Positions 40,038 to 51,215 of a stretch of 64,000 nt of DNA are shown here, one piece after another; position 1 is the stretch's first letter, and every line of letters begins with the position of its first letter. A program made the position numbers and the translations under genes. Origin of the DNA: an uncultured Alphaproteobacteria bacterium (GTDB lineage Bacteria; Pseudomonadota; Alphaproteobacteria; Sphingomonadales; Sphingomonadaceae); contig CAVVWY010000016.1 of assembly GCA_963752025.1 (NCBI GenBank), forward strand, positions 75,579 through 139,578. Direction: 5' to 3'. Under the pieces are notes generated by a model. It did no database searches and had not been told where the DNA came from. It saw only the letters and a list, made by a program, of their open reading frames with translations.

Positions 40038-41351
40038 ATGTCCCGGCACAACCGCTTCGGCCCGGCTCTCTCGCTGGTCGCTTTTGCATCCATCATGAGC
40101 GGCTGCGCGGCGCCGCAGAGCCACGTCGCCAGCTTTGGCGGAAAGACGAACGGGGAGATCGGCCTGGCAACTCGCGCCATGGCTGCGCTCAATTCGAATG
40201 ACGTTCCGACCGCTATCGACCTCGCCGAGCGTGCCGTCCAGAAGACTCCCGACGATGCCGGCTTCCGCGCGTTGCTCGGCAATGCCTATTTCGCCGGCGG
40301 TCGCTTTCAGTCGGCTGAGCAGGCGTACAAGGACTCACTGTCCATCTATTCGAACCAGCCGCAGGTCGTTCTAAAGCTGGCGCTCGTTGAGATCGGCCTT
40401 GGCAAGAACGCTGAAGCGCTTGGCTTTCTCGAAGCAGGTCGCGAGGTGATTGATCCCGCGGACTATGGCCTCGCCGTTGCACTTGCCGGGCGTCCCGATG
40501 CCGCGATCCAAGTCCTGCAGGACATCGCTCGCCGCCCGGATGCCGATGCTCGCGTCCGCCAGAACCTGGCGCTCGCTTATGCGCTTTCGGGTGACTGGAC
40601 GAACGCTCGTACCGTCGCTTCACAGGATGTTCCTGCCGACCAGCTCGACGCCCGCATCCATCAGTGGATGCAGATGGCTTCTCCAGGCAAGGGGTCAACG
40701 GCCGTCGCTGCTCTCGTTGGCGTAACGCCGGCCCCGGTCGATCCGGGTCAGCCGCTCCGTCTAGCGCTCAACAAGACGAACTCCCAAGTTCAGCAGGCTC
40801 AAGCCGCTCCTGTGCAGACTGCGGTGGTGCCCGAACAGCAGGTCGCGCAGTCGGTTCGTGCGCCGGTCCCCGCACCAGTTCCGGCCGCCGTCGAAACGAT
40901 GACTCCGCCTCTGCCGGTTGCTGTCGCTGAGGCTACCCAAGCTGCTCCGCCGCCGGTTCAGTTCGTCGAGCCGAAATCGCGGCCGAAGGCTGCTCACAAG
41001 CCGCAGCTGGTCGCTCACGTGGCGCCGACGGTGAAGCCTGCCAAGCTCTATGCCGCTCCCGCTCACGGCGGTTCGCGCGCAGTTGTCCAGCTCGGTGCCT
41101 ACAGCAATTCGGGCAGCGTGCTCCTCGCCTGGAATTCTAAGGCGCGAAAGTTCCGGTCGCTTTCGGCCTACACGCCGATGAGCGCGCGGTTCGCAAGCCC
41201 GAAAGGCACCTTCTATCGCTTGTCGGTGAAGGGCTTCGGGAGCGTCAACGAGGCCATGGCTCTCTGCTCGTCGCTTCGCCGCGAGGGCGGCACCTGCTTC
41301 GTCCGCAATGTAGCGGGCGATGCGCCGGTGAACATCGCTTCCGCGAGCTAA
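40038..41351 (+). CDS. TPR plus SPOR-domain lipoprotein
   Basis: Lipobox MSGC, TPR repeats, Pro-rich linker, VVQLGAY SPOR. Confidence 0.85.
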   Translation: MSRHNRFGPALSLVAFASIMSGCAAPQSHVASFGGKTNGEIGLATRAMAALNSNDVPTAIDLAERAVQKTPDDAGFRALLGNAYFAGGRFQSAEQAYKDSLSIYSNQPQVVLKLALVEIGLGKNAEALGFLEAGREVIDPADYGLAVALAGRPDAAIQVLQDIARRPDADARVRQNLALAYALSGDWTNARTVASQDVPADQLDARIHQWMQMASPGKGSTAVAALVGVTPAPVDPGQPLRLALNKTNSQVQQAQAAPVQTAVVPEQQVAQSVRAPVPAPVPAAVETMTPPLPVAVAEATQAAPPPVQFVEPKSRPKAAHKPQLVAHVAPTVKPAKLYAAPAHGGSRAVVQLGAYSNSGSVLLAWNSKARKFRSLSAYTPMSARFASPKGTFYRLSVKGFGSVNEAMALCSSLRREGGTCFVRNVAGDAPVNIASAS

Positions 41352-42232
41352 GTCCCGACCAACAGCTCGAGGCAGGCCATTCGAACGGCCACACCCATTT
41401 GGACCTGGAGCGTGATCAGGGAGCGCTGAGGATCGTCTGCGATCAGCGGATCGATTTCGATACCGCGGTTCATCGGGCCCGGGTGCATCACCACTGCATC
41501 CGGAGCCGCACGGGCCAGGCGCTCGGAGGTGAGGCCGTAGCGCTGCAAAAATTCACCGGGGGCGTCGCCAAATTCCTCCTCGAGCCGCTCGCGCTGGACG
41601 CGAAGCATCATGACGACATCTGAACCATCGATTGCATCATCAACAGATATTTGCGGAACTCCGTCTGGCACCAGCTCGGGAGGGCCGGCGAACCGGACTT
41701 CGGCGCCCAGACGGGGCAGGAGCTTCGCGTTTGATCGCGCGACGCGACTGTGACGAATATCACCGCAGATTGCGACCTTGAGTCCCTCGGTGCGGCCGAA
41801 ATGATGACGGATCGTCGCGGCATCCAGCAGTGCCTGGGTCGGATGCTCGTTCGTTCCGTCGCCGGCGTTGATCACCGGAGCCTCCATGATAGCGGCAACG
41901 GCGGCAGGAGCGCCGTTTTCGCGATGGCGGATCACGAGTGCGTCGGGTCTCATGGCATTTAGCGTTTTCGCCGTATCCTCGAGGGTCTCACCCTTCTTTA
42001 CCGAGGAATGCTCGACCGAGAGCGAGATGGCTGAGGCGCCCAGCCGATGTGCTGCAGTAGCGAAGGACATCGCGGTGCGAGTCGAATTCTCATAGAAAAC
42101 GTTGAAGACGATGCGGCCCTTCAGCGTCTCGTTCGCGGTCCGGCGGCGGTTATCGGCAAAGTGGCGATCGGCTCGGTCCAGGATTTCCGCGAGCTGCTGA
42201 TCGGTCAGCGAATCAATCGAAAGGAGGTCCAC
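41348..42232 (-). CDS. pyrB: Aspartate carbamoyltransferase catalytic subunit
   Basis: FYENSTRT, HPTQALLD, MHPGP. Confidence 0.96.
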   Translation of the reverse strand: MDLLSIDSLTDQQLAEILDRADRHFADNRRRTANETLKGRIVFNVFYENSTRTAMSFATAAHRLGASAISLSVEHSSVKKGETLEDTAKTLNAMRPDALVIRHRENGAPAAVAAIMEAPVINAGDGTNEHPTQALLDAATIRHHFGRTEGLKVAICGDIRHSRVARSNAKLLPRLGAEVRFAGPPELVPDGVPQISVDDAIDGSDVVMMLRVQRERLEEEFGDAPGEFLQRYGLTSERLARAAPDAVVMHPGPMNRGIEIDPLIADDPQRSLITLQVQMGVAVRMACLELLVGT

Positions 42233-42243
42233 AAGCGCTTGGC

Positions 42244-42726
42244 TTATTGTGGACCCGGCAGATTGGCCAGCGCGTCGATGGCGCCTTGAAGAATATGGGC
42301 CGCCGCCAGAGCATCGACCTTTTCGGCACGCTTGGCGCGGCTCAGGTCGGCTTCAATCATTGCGCGCTCTACAGCCTGCGTCGACCAGCGCTCGTCCCAC
42401 AGGAGCAGGGGCAGCTCGAGCGGCGTCAAGTTTCTCGCGAATGCCCGCACGGATTGGGTCCGAGGGCTATCGGTCCCGTCCATATTCAACGGCAAACCCA
42501 TGACTAAGCCAATTATGCTCTCACGGAAAATGAATGCCTGGAGACTGTTGAGATCCTGCGTGAACTTGGTCCGGCGGATCGTCTCCACCGGACCGGCGAA
42601 ATGCCAGCCGGCATCGCAGATCGCGAGGCCAATCGTCTTCGTTCCCACGTCCAGGCCGGCGAGTTTCCCGTCAGCGGGCAGCGCTCCGGCGAACTCACTC
42701 GCGTTATTCGTGATCAGCGCTGCCAA
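42244..42726 (-). CDS. ruvX: YqgF/RuvX family nuclease
   Basis: [28 protein letters not shown]. Confidence 0.92.
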   Translation of the reverse strand: MAALITNNASEFAGALPADGKLAGLDVGTKTIGLAICDAGWHFAGPVETIRRTKFTQDLNSLQAFIFRESIIGLVMGLPLNMDGTDSPRTQSVRAFARNLTPLELPLLLWDERWSTQAVERAMIEADLSRAKRAEKVDALAAAHILQGAIDALANLPGPQ

Positions 42727-43820
42727 GCCTCCAGCCTCCGTTGCGCGTCGCGGCGGACCGCTCCCCAGAAGAGCGCAAAGTCGTAGACGTGATAGTTGTT
42801 GCCGGGGAGGACGTAGGGTCCGAGCGGCGGAATGTTGCCGTCAATAATCAGGAGACCCTTGTCGCAATGAGCGCCAACCACGCCTTCAGTCACGGTCGCG
42901 GACATCAGGTCCGCGCTGGGCACGAGTGTGCCGGGGTTCATCCGGGGAGAGCCCACGCCGTTCTGCGTGCCGCTAATCGGATTGACGCAGAGCAGGTCCT
43001 CGCGCTTCCGCTTTTCGCCCGAAAAACCTGACGAACTTTCATAAGAATTGAGCACAAGCTCCGGATTTGCGGGGTCAGCGAAACTCAGCCACGACAATAT
43101 GCAGCCAGTCTGATCGTCCTTTTGGCACGGGCGCATGCCGAGAGCCGGGCCATCCGCGACCGTGCTGATCGGCCACCCCACCACGTAGGCCGCGACAATG
43201 CGCCGGGCGATCGGCTTTCCTGCGATCTTCTCTTTGAGCAAGCGCTCGAGGTGCAATGCGCCCTGACTGTGTGCAGCGAGGATGATCGGGCGATCCCCGG
43301 CTTCGCTCAGGAACTGGTCGAATGCCGCTGAGACGTCTGAATAGGCGAGGTCAAGCGCCTTTGTTGCGTCCGCGCTGTTCAGCAGGAAGGCACCGAATGC
43401 TGCTTGGCGATAACGAGGTGCCCACACCTTCCCAGAACCGTTGAAAGCGCTCGCCTGGCTCTGGACGAAGAGGTTGGTTCGGAAGTCCGTGTCGCCGCCG
43501 GCCTGAAGCGGAGCATTCCATCGGTCGCGCTCGAGATAAGTCGTCGGGTGGATGTAGAAGACCGCCGCATTGCCGAGATGCTCCTCTGACATGCCGGCGG
43601 GGAGCCAGTGTGATGGATCGGTCGGAAGGTCCGGGCGCGCCACCCAATTTTCCGCTTTGGAATAGTCCGGATCCCCGCCGCCTTCGGCAGCCTGGAAGTG
43701 GCCGGTGGGCACGGCGCTCTTGATCAGCACCCGGTCGCCGAACTGAAATATTGCGAAGGCCGCGGCGACTGCGAGCAGTGTAATGAAGAGCACCACCATC
43801 AGGAATCGCCGCGCGCACAT
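42714..43820 (-). CDS. DUF3089 alpha/beta hydrolase
   Basis: [25 protein letters not shown]. Confidence 0.85.
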   Translation of the reverse strand: MCARRFLMVVLFITLLAVAAAFAIFQFGDRVLIKSAVPTGHFQAAEGGGDPDYSKAENWVARPDLPTDPSHWLPAGMSEEHLGNAAVFYIHPTTYLERDRWNAPLQAGGDTDFRTNLFVQSQASAFNGSGKVWAPRYRQAAFGAFLLNSADATKALDLAYSDVSAAFDQFLSEAGDRPIILAAHSQGALHLERLLKEKIAGKPIARRIVAAYVVGWPISTVADGPALGMRPCQKDDQTGCILSWLSFADPANPELVLNSYESSSGFSGEKRKREDLLCVNPISGTQNGVGSPRMNPGTLVPSADLMSATVTEGVVGAHCDKGLLIIDGNIPPLGPYVLPGNNYHVYDFALFWGAVRRDAQRRLEAWQR

Positions 43821-43869
43821 TGGCCGGCGCCCTATTCAGCCCAGGCCTGCCGAGCAAGCCGCACGCGCC

Positions 43870-44093
43870 CAACATCTTGCGATCAACGTCTTGACGTTAT
43901 TGCTCCTGCCGATCTTGCAGGCCCCCAGACCCATGATGCGCGGCGCTGCAGGCGAAGCTCGACGAGCTGATCAAGGCGAGTGCCGAAGCCCGGAACACTT
44001 TCATCGGCCTGGAAAACCATGGGGGAGCACGAGATTGAGGAGCTCCGGCCCTTGCCCGAATCGGTCGTCGACACTCCTGCGCGCGACAGCTGA
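43870..44093 (+). pseudogene. 5'-truncated, frameshifted low-affinity iron permease (Fet4-like) fragment
   Basis: Across frames: INVLTLLLLPILQA..AALQAKLDELIKASAEARNTFIGLE..EHEIEELR*. Confidence 0.6.
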
Positions 44094-44125
44094 GATTAAG
44101 GGTCCGGGGATTATGTCGGCCGCTG

Positions 44126-44608
44126 ATGCTGGATCGACGCACTTTTCTTGGCACGGCTGCCGCGTCCGTTATCGGTTTCGCGCTGCTGCGGGCGCCCGGC
44201 CGGACGGAAGCAGCTGCGAGTTTCAAAGTGATGCACAGCGATGCCGAGTGGCTCCGGATCCTTGGCCGCCAACGCTATGACGTGCTCAGGCACGCGGGCA
44301 CGGAGCGGGCGTTCACCAGCCCTTTGCTGAATGAGCATCGCAGAGGCGTTTTCGCCTGTGCCGGCTGCGCCCTGCCGTTGTTCAGCTCGGCAACCAAGTT
44401 CGAAAGCGGGACAGGCTGGCCGAGCTTCTGGAGGGCCCTGCCGCACGCGACCTTGGAACACGCGGACCGCAGCCTTCTGATGGAGCGGACCGAAGTGCTT
44501 TGCTCGAGGTGCGGCGGTCACCTGGGTCATGTCTTCGACGATGGGCCGGAGCCGACCGGACTGCGCTACTGCATGAATGGCTTGGCGCTCAGCTTCCGAT
44601 CAACCTGA
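44126..44608 (+). CDS. msrB: Tat-exported methionine-R-sulfoxide reductase
   Basis: DRRTFLG Tat signal, two CxxC, GTGWPSF, HLGHVF, RYCMN. Confidence 0.93.
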   Translation: MLDRRTFLGTAAASVIGFALLRAPGRTEAAASFKVMHSDAEWLRILGRQRYDVLRHAGTERAFTSPLLNEHRRGVFACAGCALPLFSSATKFESGTGWPSFWRALPHATLEHADRSLLMERTEVLCSRCGGHLGHVFDDGPEPTGLRYCMNGLALSFRST

Positions 44609-44764
44609 CTTCAACAATCCTTCACTATCTTGCATTAGAATTTCGCTTGAGCGTCGGAGCGAGGACTTCGGGTCCTGCGTGCTCCGCCCAGTCTCCGCCT
44701 TCGCGGAGTGACATCCGCGCCTGATCAACGCCATTGGGGGCTTGCGCGGTGACATCCACGACGA

Positions 44765-45358
44765 TTGCCAGAGAACGATGTGGCTAAGAAATTGGCGACC
44801 GCACAACCGACGCCACGGCGTCAAAAGCGCCGCGACGTGGCGCTTCCCGGCTTTGCGTTGCTCCAGGATGGAACCACCCACGCCATCTCGATCGTCGATC
44901 TGTCTTACGACGGCTGCAAGATCGAGACGGAATTCGCCTTCAAGGCGGGAACGAAGCTCAAACTGTCGGTCCTGAGGTTAGGCTGTTTGCCTGCACGCGT
45001 GGTTTGGACGGCAGACGGGAAAGTGGGCCTCTGCTTCGCACCCGACGCGAGCTTCGAGCGCGAAGAGACCGACCGCAGCCACGAACGCATCGAACTGGCA
45101 GCGGACGTGTCACTGCGCCGGGCTGGAAGATACCGCTACCAGGGACGGACCTTCGACGTGTCGCCGAGCGGCTGTAAAGTGGAGTTCGTCGAGCTGCCGC
45201 GGCCGGAGGAGCTTCTGTGGGTCAAGTTCGACGGGCTCGAGCCGATCGAAGCGCGGGTCCGATGGGTCGAGGGCTTCACCGGTGGCGTGGAGTTTGCACG
45301 GCCGCTCTATCCCGCGGTGTTCGACCTGCTCCTCGAGAGGCTGAGGCTGGGTTCCTGA
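44765..45358 (+). CDS. Tandem PilZ-domain protein
   Basis: RRQKR..DLSYDG and RSHER..DVSPSG. Confidence 0.8.
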   Translation: MPENDVAKKLATAQPTPRRQKRRDVALPGFALLQDGTTHAISIVDLSYDGCKIETEFAFKAGTKLKLSVLRLGCLPARVVWTADGKVGLCFAPDASFEREETDRSHERIELAADVSLRRAGRYRYQGRTFDVSPSGCKVEFVELPRPEELLWVKFDGLEPIEARVRWVEGFTGGVEFARPLYPAVFDLLLERLRLGS

Positions 45359-45360
45359 CA

Positions 45361-45398
45361 AAAAGAGGCGGCCGCGGATAGCCGCGACCGCCGCCTCT
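45361..45398. terminator. Intrinsic terminator hairpin between convergent genes
   Basis: AAAAGAGGCGG-CCGCGG-ata-GCCGCGACCG-CCGCCTCT. Confidence 0.55.
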
Positions 45399-45418
45399 GG
45401 TCCGAAATCAGCCGAAGA

Positions 45419-45931
45419 TCAGTAATTCACCGTCATATCGAACTGGGCAGTGTAGGTGCCCTGCTGCTGGTTGGCGGCAATGTTGAAGGTACCGCCAACG
45501 AACACAGTGAGCTTGCCGGTCGAGTCCGTGACCCGGCTCAATCCGCCGCTATTGAGCACAAGCAAAGCCGGGATCGTTGCAGCGCAGCCCGCCGTACAGA
45601 TGACGCCACCGGCCGGCTGACCCAACGTCAACGTGACCGTGGCGCTGGGATCGCCCAGGCCATCGAATTGTGCGCGGCTGGTCGCACCAGCGAGAGCGAC
45701 GACGCCGCCCGTCACGCTGCGAAGACCCGTATCGGCATTGATCGCGACTGTACCGTTCGAAGCGGCATCGCCAGCGACGGTGCCAAAGTCGAGGTCGGAA
45801 ATCGCCGTCAAGGTCAGGGACTTGAGAACAGTGCCCTTGGCATTCGCCTGAGCCGAGGCCGAAGCGGCGAGAGCCGGCGTGGCCGTGAGCATGGAAGCGG
45901 CAAGCGCCGCGAGAGCAAAATTTATACGCAT
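45419..45931 (-). CDS. DUF4402 family secreted pilin-like protein
   Basis: Signal peptide; DLDFG, VGGTFNIAANQ..GTY...F..TVNY. Confidence 0.8.
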   Translation of the reverse strand: MRINFALAALAASMLTATPALAASASAQANAKGTVLKSLTLTAISDLDFGTVAGDAASNGTVAINADTGLRSVTGGVVALAGATSRAQFDGLGDPSATVTLTLGQPAGGVICTAGCAATIPALLVLNSGGLSRVTDSTGKLTVFVGGTFNIAANQQQGTYTAQFDMTVNY

Positions 45932-46229
45932 CTTGGTTCCCCACTTGGAATGGAGCGTGAAGAATGCGCTCAGGTTTTCAAAACTGGTTGAAAGAACAAA
46001 GTTCGTTTTAACTTAACCTCATTTGTAAGCCATTTGAGGCCAGACAAGCCAAACTTCTCTGGCAAGATGGGTTGGTTACGGGCCAGGTAACCGAAATTCT
46101 TCGCTCATTTTCGTCGCCACCGACGTCACCAGAACAAACCGACGCATTTAACAACGCGTTTTCCGCTTTTCGCCAGGCTTGCGCAACTCGCTTGCCGCTC
46201 TTCCACACGGCCGCTATCCGCCGCGCATC

Positions 46230-46517
46230 ATGTCAGTGACGAACGAACAGGTCCGCCATATCGCGCGGCTCGCCCGGATCGCGATGGGCGACGAGGAGAT
46301 CGAGCGACTGGTTCCGGAGCTCAACAATATCCTCGGATGGGTCGAGCAGCTTGGCGAAGTGAACACGGACGGCGTGGAACCGCTGACCGCGGTCATCGAT
46401 CAGAAGCTGCGGCTGCGCGAGGATGTCGTGAACGATGGCAACATCCGCGACGAGATCCTCGCCAATGCGCCCGAAGCGCATCACGGCTTCTTCGCAGTGC
46501 CGAAGGTGATCGAGTGA
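46230..46517 (+). CDS. gatC: Asp/Glu-tRNA amidotransferase subunit C
   Basis: [10 protein letters not shown]...FFAVPKVIE. Confidence 0.95.
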   Translation: MSVTNEQVRHIARLARIAMGDEEIERLVPELNNILGWVEQLGEVNTDGVEPLTAVIDQKLRLREDVVNDGNIRDEILANAPEAHHGFFAVPKVIE

Positions 46518-47989
46518 GCGAGCTGAATTCGAAGACGATCGCGGAGTTGAGGCATGGCATTCGCTCGGGCGAGTTCACCGCGCGCGAGATCGCTGAGAGC
46601 TTCAATGCGGCTGTCGCTCAGGCGAAGTCACTAAATGCCTATACGGTCGAAACGCCGGACGACGCTATCGCAGCCGCCGAGGTAGCGGACAAGGCGAGGG
46701 GCTCCGGCGATCTTCCTTCCCTCGCCGGCATTCCGCTCGGCATCAAGGACCTGTTCGCTACGCGTGGTGTCGACACGACGGCCGGCAGCAAGATCCTGAC
46801 CGGCTTCAAGCCGCCGTACGAAAGCACCATTACTGCGAACCTGCGCAAGGCCGGCGCAGGTATGCTCGGCAAGCTGAACATGGACGAGTTCGCCATGGGC
46901 TCGTCGAACGAGACCAGCGCCTACGGTCCCGTCATCAGCCCGTGGCGACGCAATGGCAGCAATGTCGGCCTGACGCCCGGTGGTTCGTCGGGTGGCTCGG
47001 CAGCTGCTGTCGCTGCTGAAATCGCACCCGGCGTGACCGGAACGGACACCGGCGGCTCAATCCGGCAGCCTGCCGCTTTCGTGGGTATCTGCGGCATCAA
47101 GCCGACTTACGGTCGCTGCTCGCGCTGGGGCGTCGTCGCTTTCGCAAGCTCGCTCGACCAGGCCGGGCCCATGGCCAAGTCGGTCCGTGATTGTGCGATC
47201 CTGCTCGAAGCGATGGCCGGGTTCGATCCCAAGGATTCCACCTCGCTGGACCTGCCGGTGCCACAGTGGGAAGCTGGATTGTCGAGCGATCTCAGGGGCA
47301 AGCGCGTTGGTATTCCGAAGGAATATCGCATCGACGGGGTGCCTTCCGAGATTAATGCGCTGTGGGATCGCGGCATCGAATGGCTGAAGGACGCCGGCGC
47401 GACGCCGGTCGAAATCAGCCTTCCGCACACCAAGTACGCGCTTCCGACCTATTACATCATCGCTCCGGCTGAAGCCTCGTCGAACCTCGCCCGCTATGAC
47501 GGTGTCCGTTACGGACTGCGCGACACGCCTCCCGGCGGCAACCTGGATGCCATGTACTCGGCGACGCGCGCGGATGGCTTCGGCGCGGAGGTGAAGCGCC
47601 GGATCATGATCGGCACCTATGTGCTCTCGGCCGGGTTCTACGACGCCTATTTCACCAAGGCGCAGAAAGTCCGGGCACTGATCAAGCAGGACTTTCGCAA
47701 GGCCTTCGAGAAGTGCGACGTGATCCTCACGCCGACCGCGCCGTCGGCGGCTTTCGGCATCGGTGAGACGACAGATCCGCTCGCAATGTACCTCAACGAC
47801 GTGTTCGCCGTGCCTGCGAGCCTCGCAGGTCTTCCGGCGATGTCGGTGCCGGGCGGCCTCGACGAGCAGGGGCTTCCGCTCGGGCTGCACCTGATCGGAA
47901 ACGAGCTGGACGAACAGACCGTCCTGAATGCATGCCTCGCGATCGAGGAGCGCGCGGGCTTCACTGCAAAGCCGGACAAGTGGTGGTAA
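46514..47989 (+). CDS. gatA: Asp/Glu-tRNA amidotransferase subunit A
   Basis: [17 protein letters not shown] amidase signature. Confidence 0.96.
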   Translation: MSELNSKTIAELRHGIRSGEFTAREIAESFNAAVAQAKSLNAYTVETPDDAIAAAEVADKARGSGDLPSLAGIPLGIKDLFATRGVDTTAGSKILTGFKPPYESTITANLRKAGAGMLGKLNMDEFAMGSSNETSAYGPVISPWRRNGSNVGLTPGGSSGGSAAAVAAEIAPGVTGTDTGGSIRQPAAFVGICGIKPTYGRCSRWGVVAFASSLDQAGPMAKSVRDCAILLEAMAGFDPKDSTSLDLPVPQWEAGLSSDLRGKRVGIPKEYRIDGVPSEINALWDRGIEWLKDAGATPVEISLPHTKYALPTYYIIAPAEASSNLARYDGVRYGLRDTPPGGNLDAMYSATRADGFGAEVKRRIMIGTYVLSAGFYDAYFTKAQKVRALIKQDFRKAFEKCDVILTPTAPSAAFGIGETTDPLAMYLNDVFAVPASLAGLPAMSVPGGLDEQGLPLGLHLIGNELDEQTVLNACLAIEERAGFTAKPDKWW

Positions 47990-47991
47990 CG

Positions 47992-49470
47992 ATGGCTGAT
48001 CCAACAGCACCTTTCCGTATCAAGGGTGAAACAGGCGAGTGGGAGGTCGTGGTCGGCCTCGAAGTCCACGCGCAGATCACGGCGACCGCGTCCAAGCTGT
48101 TCTCCGGCGCCGCGACCGCGTTCGGCGCGGAGCCCAATACACAGGTCAGCCTGGTCGACGCGGCGATGCCCGGCATGCTTCCCGTGCCGAACCGGGAGTG
48201 CCTTCGTCAGGCGGTGCGTACTGGCATGGCGCTCGACGCGAAGATCAACCGCTGGAGCCGGTTCGACCGGAAGAACTACTTCTATGCCGACCTGCCGCAG
48301 GGCTATCAGATCAGCCAGCTCTATCACCCGATCGTCGGCGAGGGCGAAGTCGAGGTCCTCCTCGACGACAAGGACGAGAGCAGCGCCAAGCGCATCGGCA
48401 TCGAGCGCATTCACGTCGAACAGGATGCTGGCAAGCTGATGCACGACCAGCACCCGACGATGAGCTACGTCGACCTCAATCGCAGCGGCGTTGCCCTGAT
48501 GGAGATCGTGTCGCGTCCCGACATGCGCTCTCCTGCAGAAGCAGGGGCTTACCTGCGGAAGCTGAGAGCAATCCTGCGCTACGTCGGCTCGTGCGACGGC
48601 AACATGGAAGAGGGCTCCATGCGCGCCGACGTGAACGTCAGTGTTCGCAAGCCCGGAGCCGAGTTCGGCACGCGCACGGAAACGAAGAACGTCAACTCGG
48701 TGCGCTTCGTCATGGCCGTCGTGGAGCATGAGGCGAAGCGTCAGGTCGAACTGATCGAAGGCGGAGGCGAGGTCGCGCAGGAAACACGGCTGTTCGACCC
48801 CGACAACGGTGTCACGCGCTCGCTGCGCTCGAAGGAAGACGCCCACGATTATCGCTACTTCCCCGACCCAGACCTGCTGCCGGTCGAGCTCGATGACGCA
48901 TTTCTCGAGGAATGTCGCGGGAGCTTGCCCGAGCTGCCCGACGCTAAGCGGAAGCGATATGAAAACCTGGGCATAACGCATTACAATGCCGGCGTTTTGA
49001 CCGCGGAGGTCGAGACTGCTCGCTGGTTCGATACACTGCTGAAAGCAGGTGCCGAGCCCAAACAGGCGGCCAATTGGGTCGTGGCCGAATTGTTCGGCGC
49101 ACTCAATCGCCGCAGCGAAAGCATCGATCAGAGTCCTGTGTCGCCCGTGCAGGCCGCCGAACTGCTGAGACTTGTTGCTGACGGCACGATATCCGGCACG
49201 ATCGCCAAACAGGTCTTCGACATCATGCTTGAGACCGGCGATGGTGCGAATGCGATCGTGGAGAGCCGCGGTCTCAAGCAGACCAGCGACACCGGCGCGA
49301 TCGACGCGGAGATCGACAAGATTCTCGCCGCGAACGCTGACAAGGTCGAGCAGTACAAAAGCGGCAAGCAGCAGCTGTTCGGCTTCTTCGTTGGACAGAC
49401 GATGAAGGCGATGGCCGGCAAGGCCAATCCGCAGATCGTCAACGAGCGGTTGCGGGCGAAGCTGTCATGA
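47992..49470 (+). CDS. gatB: Asp/Glu-tRNA amidotransferase subunit B
   Basis: [27 protein letters not shown]. Confidence 0.97.
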   Translation: MADPTAPFRIKGETGEWEVVVGLEVHAQITATASKLFSGAATAFGAEPNTQVSLVDAAMPGMLPVPNRECLRQAVRTGMALDAKINRWSRFDRKNYFYADLPQGYQISQLYHPIVGEGEVEVLLDDKDESSAKRIGIERIHVEQDAGKLMHDQHPTMSYVDLNRSGVALMEIVSRPDMRSPAEAGAYLRKLRAILRYVGSCDGNMEEGSMRADVNVSVRKPGAEFGTRTETKNVNSVRFVMAVVEHEAKRQVELIEGGGEVAQETRLFDPDNGVTRSLRSKEDAHDYRYFPDPDLLPVELDDAFLEECRGSLPELPDAKRKRYENLGITHYNAGVLTAEVETARWFDTLLKAGAEPKQAANWVVAELFGALNRRSESIDQSPVSPVQAAELLRLVADGTISGTIAKQVFDIMLETGDGANAIVESRGLKQTSDTGAIDAEIDKILAANADKVEQYKSGKQQLFGFFVGQTMKAMAGKANPQIVNERLRAKLS

Positions 49471-49503
49471 TGATTTGCCCCTAAAGGAGTAGCTGCGAAG
49501 TAT

Positions 49504-51117
49504 ATGCGGAAGGTCCTTTTTGCCGCCGGTGCGGCGCTCCTCGCCACGCAGTCAGCGGCCCAGCCACCACACGCGCCCAAGCTCCTGGTCGTGATCGCCG
49601 TCGATCAGTTCTCGGCGAACCTGTGGGACGAATATCGGCCGCACTGGACAGGCGGGTTTGCCAAGCTCGCCCAAGGGGCCGTGTTCCACAACGGCTATCA
49701 GAGCCACGCGAATACGGAGACCTGCCCCGGCCACTCGACTATTTTGACCGGCGATCATCCGGCGCGGACCGGGATCATCACGAACACCTGGATCGACCAG
49801 TCGGTCCAACGGTCAGACAAGGACGTCTATTGCGCAGAGGACGAGCGGATGCCGGGCAGCGGCTCGTCAAGCTACACAGTCTCGCCAGTCCACCTGATGG
49901 TTCCGACTCTTGGCGAGTTGCTCAAGCAGGCGAAGCCGGGCAGCCGGAGCGTCGCCGTCGCCGGCAAGGACCGCGCCGCCATCATGATGGGCGGCCACAC
50001 AATTGATCAGCGCTGGTACTGGACTGGTGCGAAGTTCGAGACTGACAACGAATCCGCACGGGTCCCGCAGGTCGTCGGCAAGGTGAACGCGCTTGCGGCG
50101 GCGGGTCTCGCGACGGATCGCCCGGCTCTCGACGCAACCACTTATTGCCAGACGAAGGCACGAGAGCTGCCAATCCAGGGCGGCGGCAAGCCCGTCGGCG
50201 CGGGCCGCCTGGCGCGCAAGGCTGGGGATCAGTCTGCGTTCCGGGCCACGCCCGAACTCGACGGCGATACGCTCGCCCTTGCTGCCGGTCTCATCGACGA
50301 AATGCAGCTCGGTCGCGGCGCGAGCCCCGACCTGCTGGCGATCAGCCTCTCCGCGACTGACTATGTCGGCCACAGCTACGGCACGGAGGGCGAGGAGATG
50401 TGCCTGCAGTTGACCGAACTCGACCGCGAACTGGGCGACTTCCTCGCGGTTCTCGACGGCCGCGGCATCGACTATGCTGTGGCCCTGACTGCCGATCACG
50501 GCGGCCTCGATATTCCCGAACGGCTTCAGACGGTGGGCGTTAAGGACGCATCACGTGTGGATCCCGCGCTGAGTCCTGCGCCGATGGGCGCCGCGCTCGT
50601 GAAGCAGCTGGGACTGCGTGGTCCAGGCCTGTTGGGCACGGGACCGTCAGGGGATTTCTGGATCGACGCAAGTCTCTCGCCGGCCGACCACACCCGGCTG
50701 CTGAATGCCGCCGTCGCCGCCTACAAAGCTCACCCGCAGGTCGAGGCAGTCTACACCGGCAGGCAGATCGCTGCGACGCCGCGGCCAAAGACGAGCCCGG
50801 ATAAATGGTCGATCCTCGAGCGTCTGCGGGAGAGCTATTATCCTGGCCGCTCGGGCGACTTCCTCGTCGTCCTCAAGCGCGATGTGACGCCGATCGCCGA
50901 TACGACGCGCTACGTTGCAACCCACGGAAGCGTCTGGGACTACGACCGCCGCGTCCCTGTCGTCTTCTGGCGGAAGGGGATAGCGCCGGTCGCCAGCAAC
51001 ACTGTCGTCGAGACCGTAGACATCATGCCGACGGTCGCCTCGTGGATCGGCGTTCCAGTCGCTGCGGACTCGGTCGATGGCCGCTGTCTTCCGGGCGTTG
51101 GATCGTGCGTCCACTAA
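49504..51117 (+). CDS. Secreted alkaline phosphatase superfamily protein (PhoK/PafA-like)
   Basis: AVDQ, TCPGH, TDYVGH, TADHG, HGS..DYD. Confidence 0.85.
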   Translation: MRKVLFAAGAALLATQSAAQPPHAPKLLVVIAVDQFSANLWDEYRPHWTGGFAKLAQGAVFHNGYQSHANTETCPGHSTILTGDHPARTGIITNTWIDQSVQRSDKDVYCAEDERMPGSGSSSYTVSPVHLMVPTLGELLKQAKPGSRSVAVAGKDRAAIMMGGHTIDQRWYWTGAKFETDNESARVPQVVGKVNALAAAGLATDRPALDATTYCQTKARELPIQGGGKPVGAGRLARKAGDQSAFRATPELDGDTLALAAGLIDEMQLGRGASPDLLAISLSATDYVGHSYGTEGEEMCLQLTELDRELGDFLAVLDGRGIDYAVALTADHGGLDIPERLQTVGVKDASRVDPALSPAPMGAALVKQLGLRGPGLLGTGPSGDFWIDASLSPADHTRLLNAAVAAYKAHPQVEAVYTGRQIAATPRPKTSPDKWSILERLRESYYPGRSGDFLVVLKRDVTPIADTTRYVATHGSVWDYDRRVPVVFWRKGIAPVASNTVVETVDIMPTVASWIGVPVAADSVDGRCLPGVGSCVH

Positions 51118-51215
51118 GAACCTAGAAACAAAGCACTTTTCTTTCCTAAACAGTTGAGTCATCCTCTCGCACGTAAAGTGCGTAGAGGGGCGTGTGCGCC
51201 CTTCGAGGGGGTGCC

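Noticed and set aside
47057-48981. Long antisense ORFs opposite gatA/gatB (also opposite mreB, mrdA, mutL)
   Set aside because: Shadow ORFs from high-GC codon bias, with no recognisable motifs.
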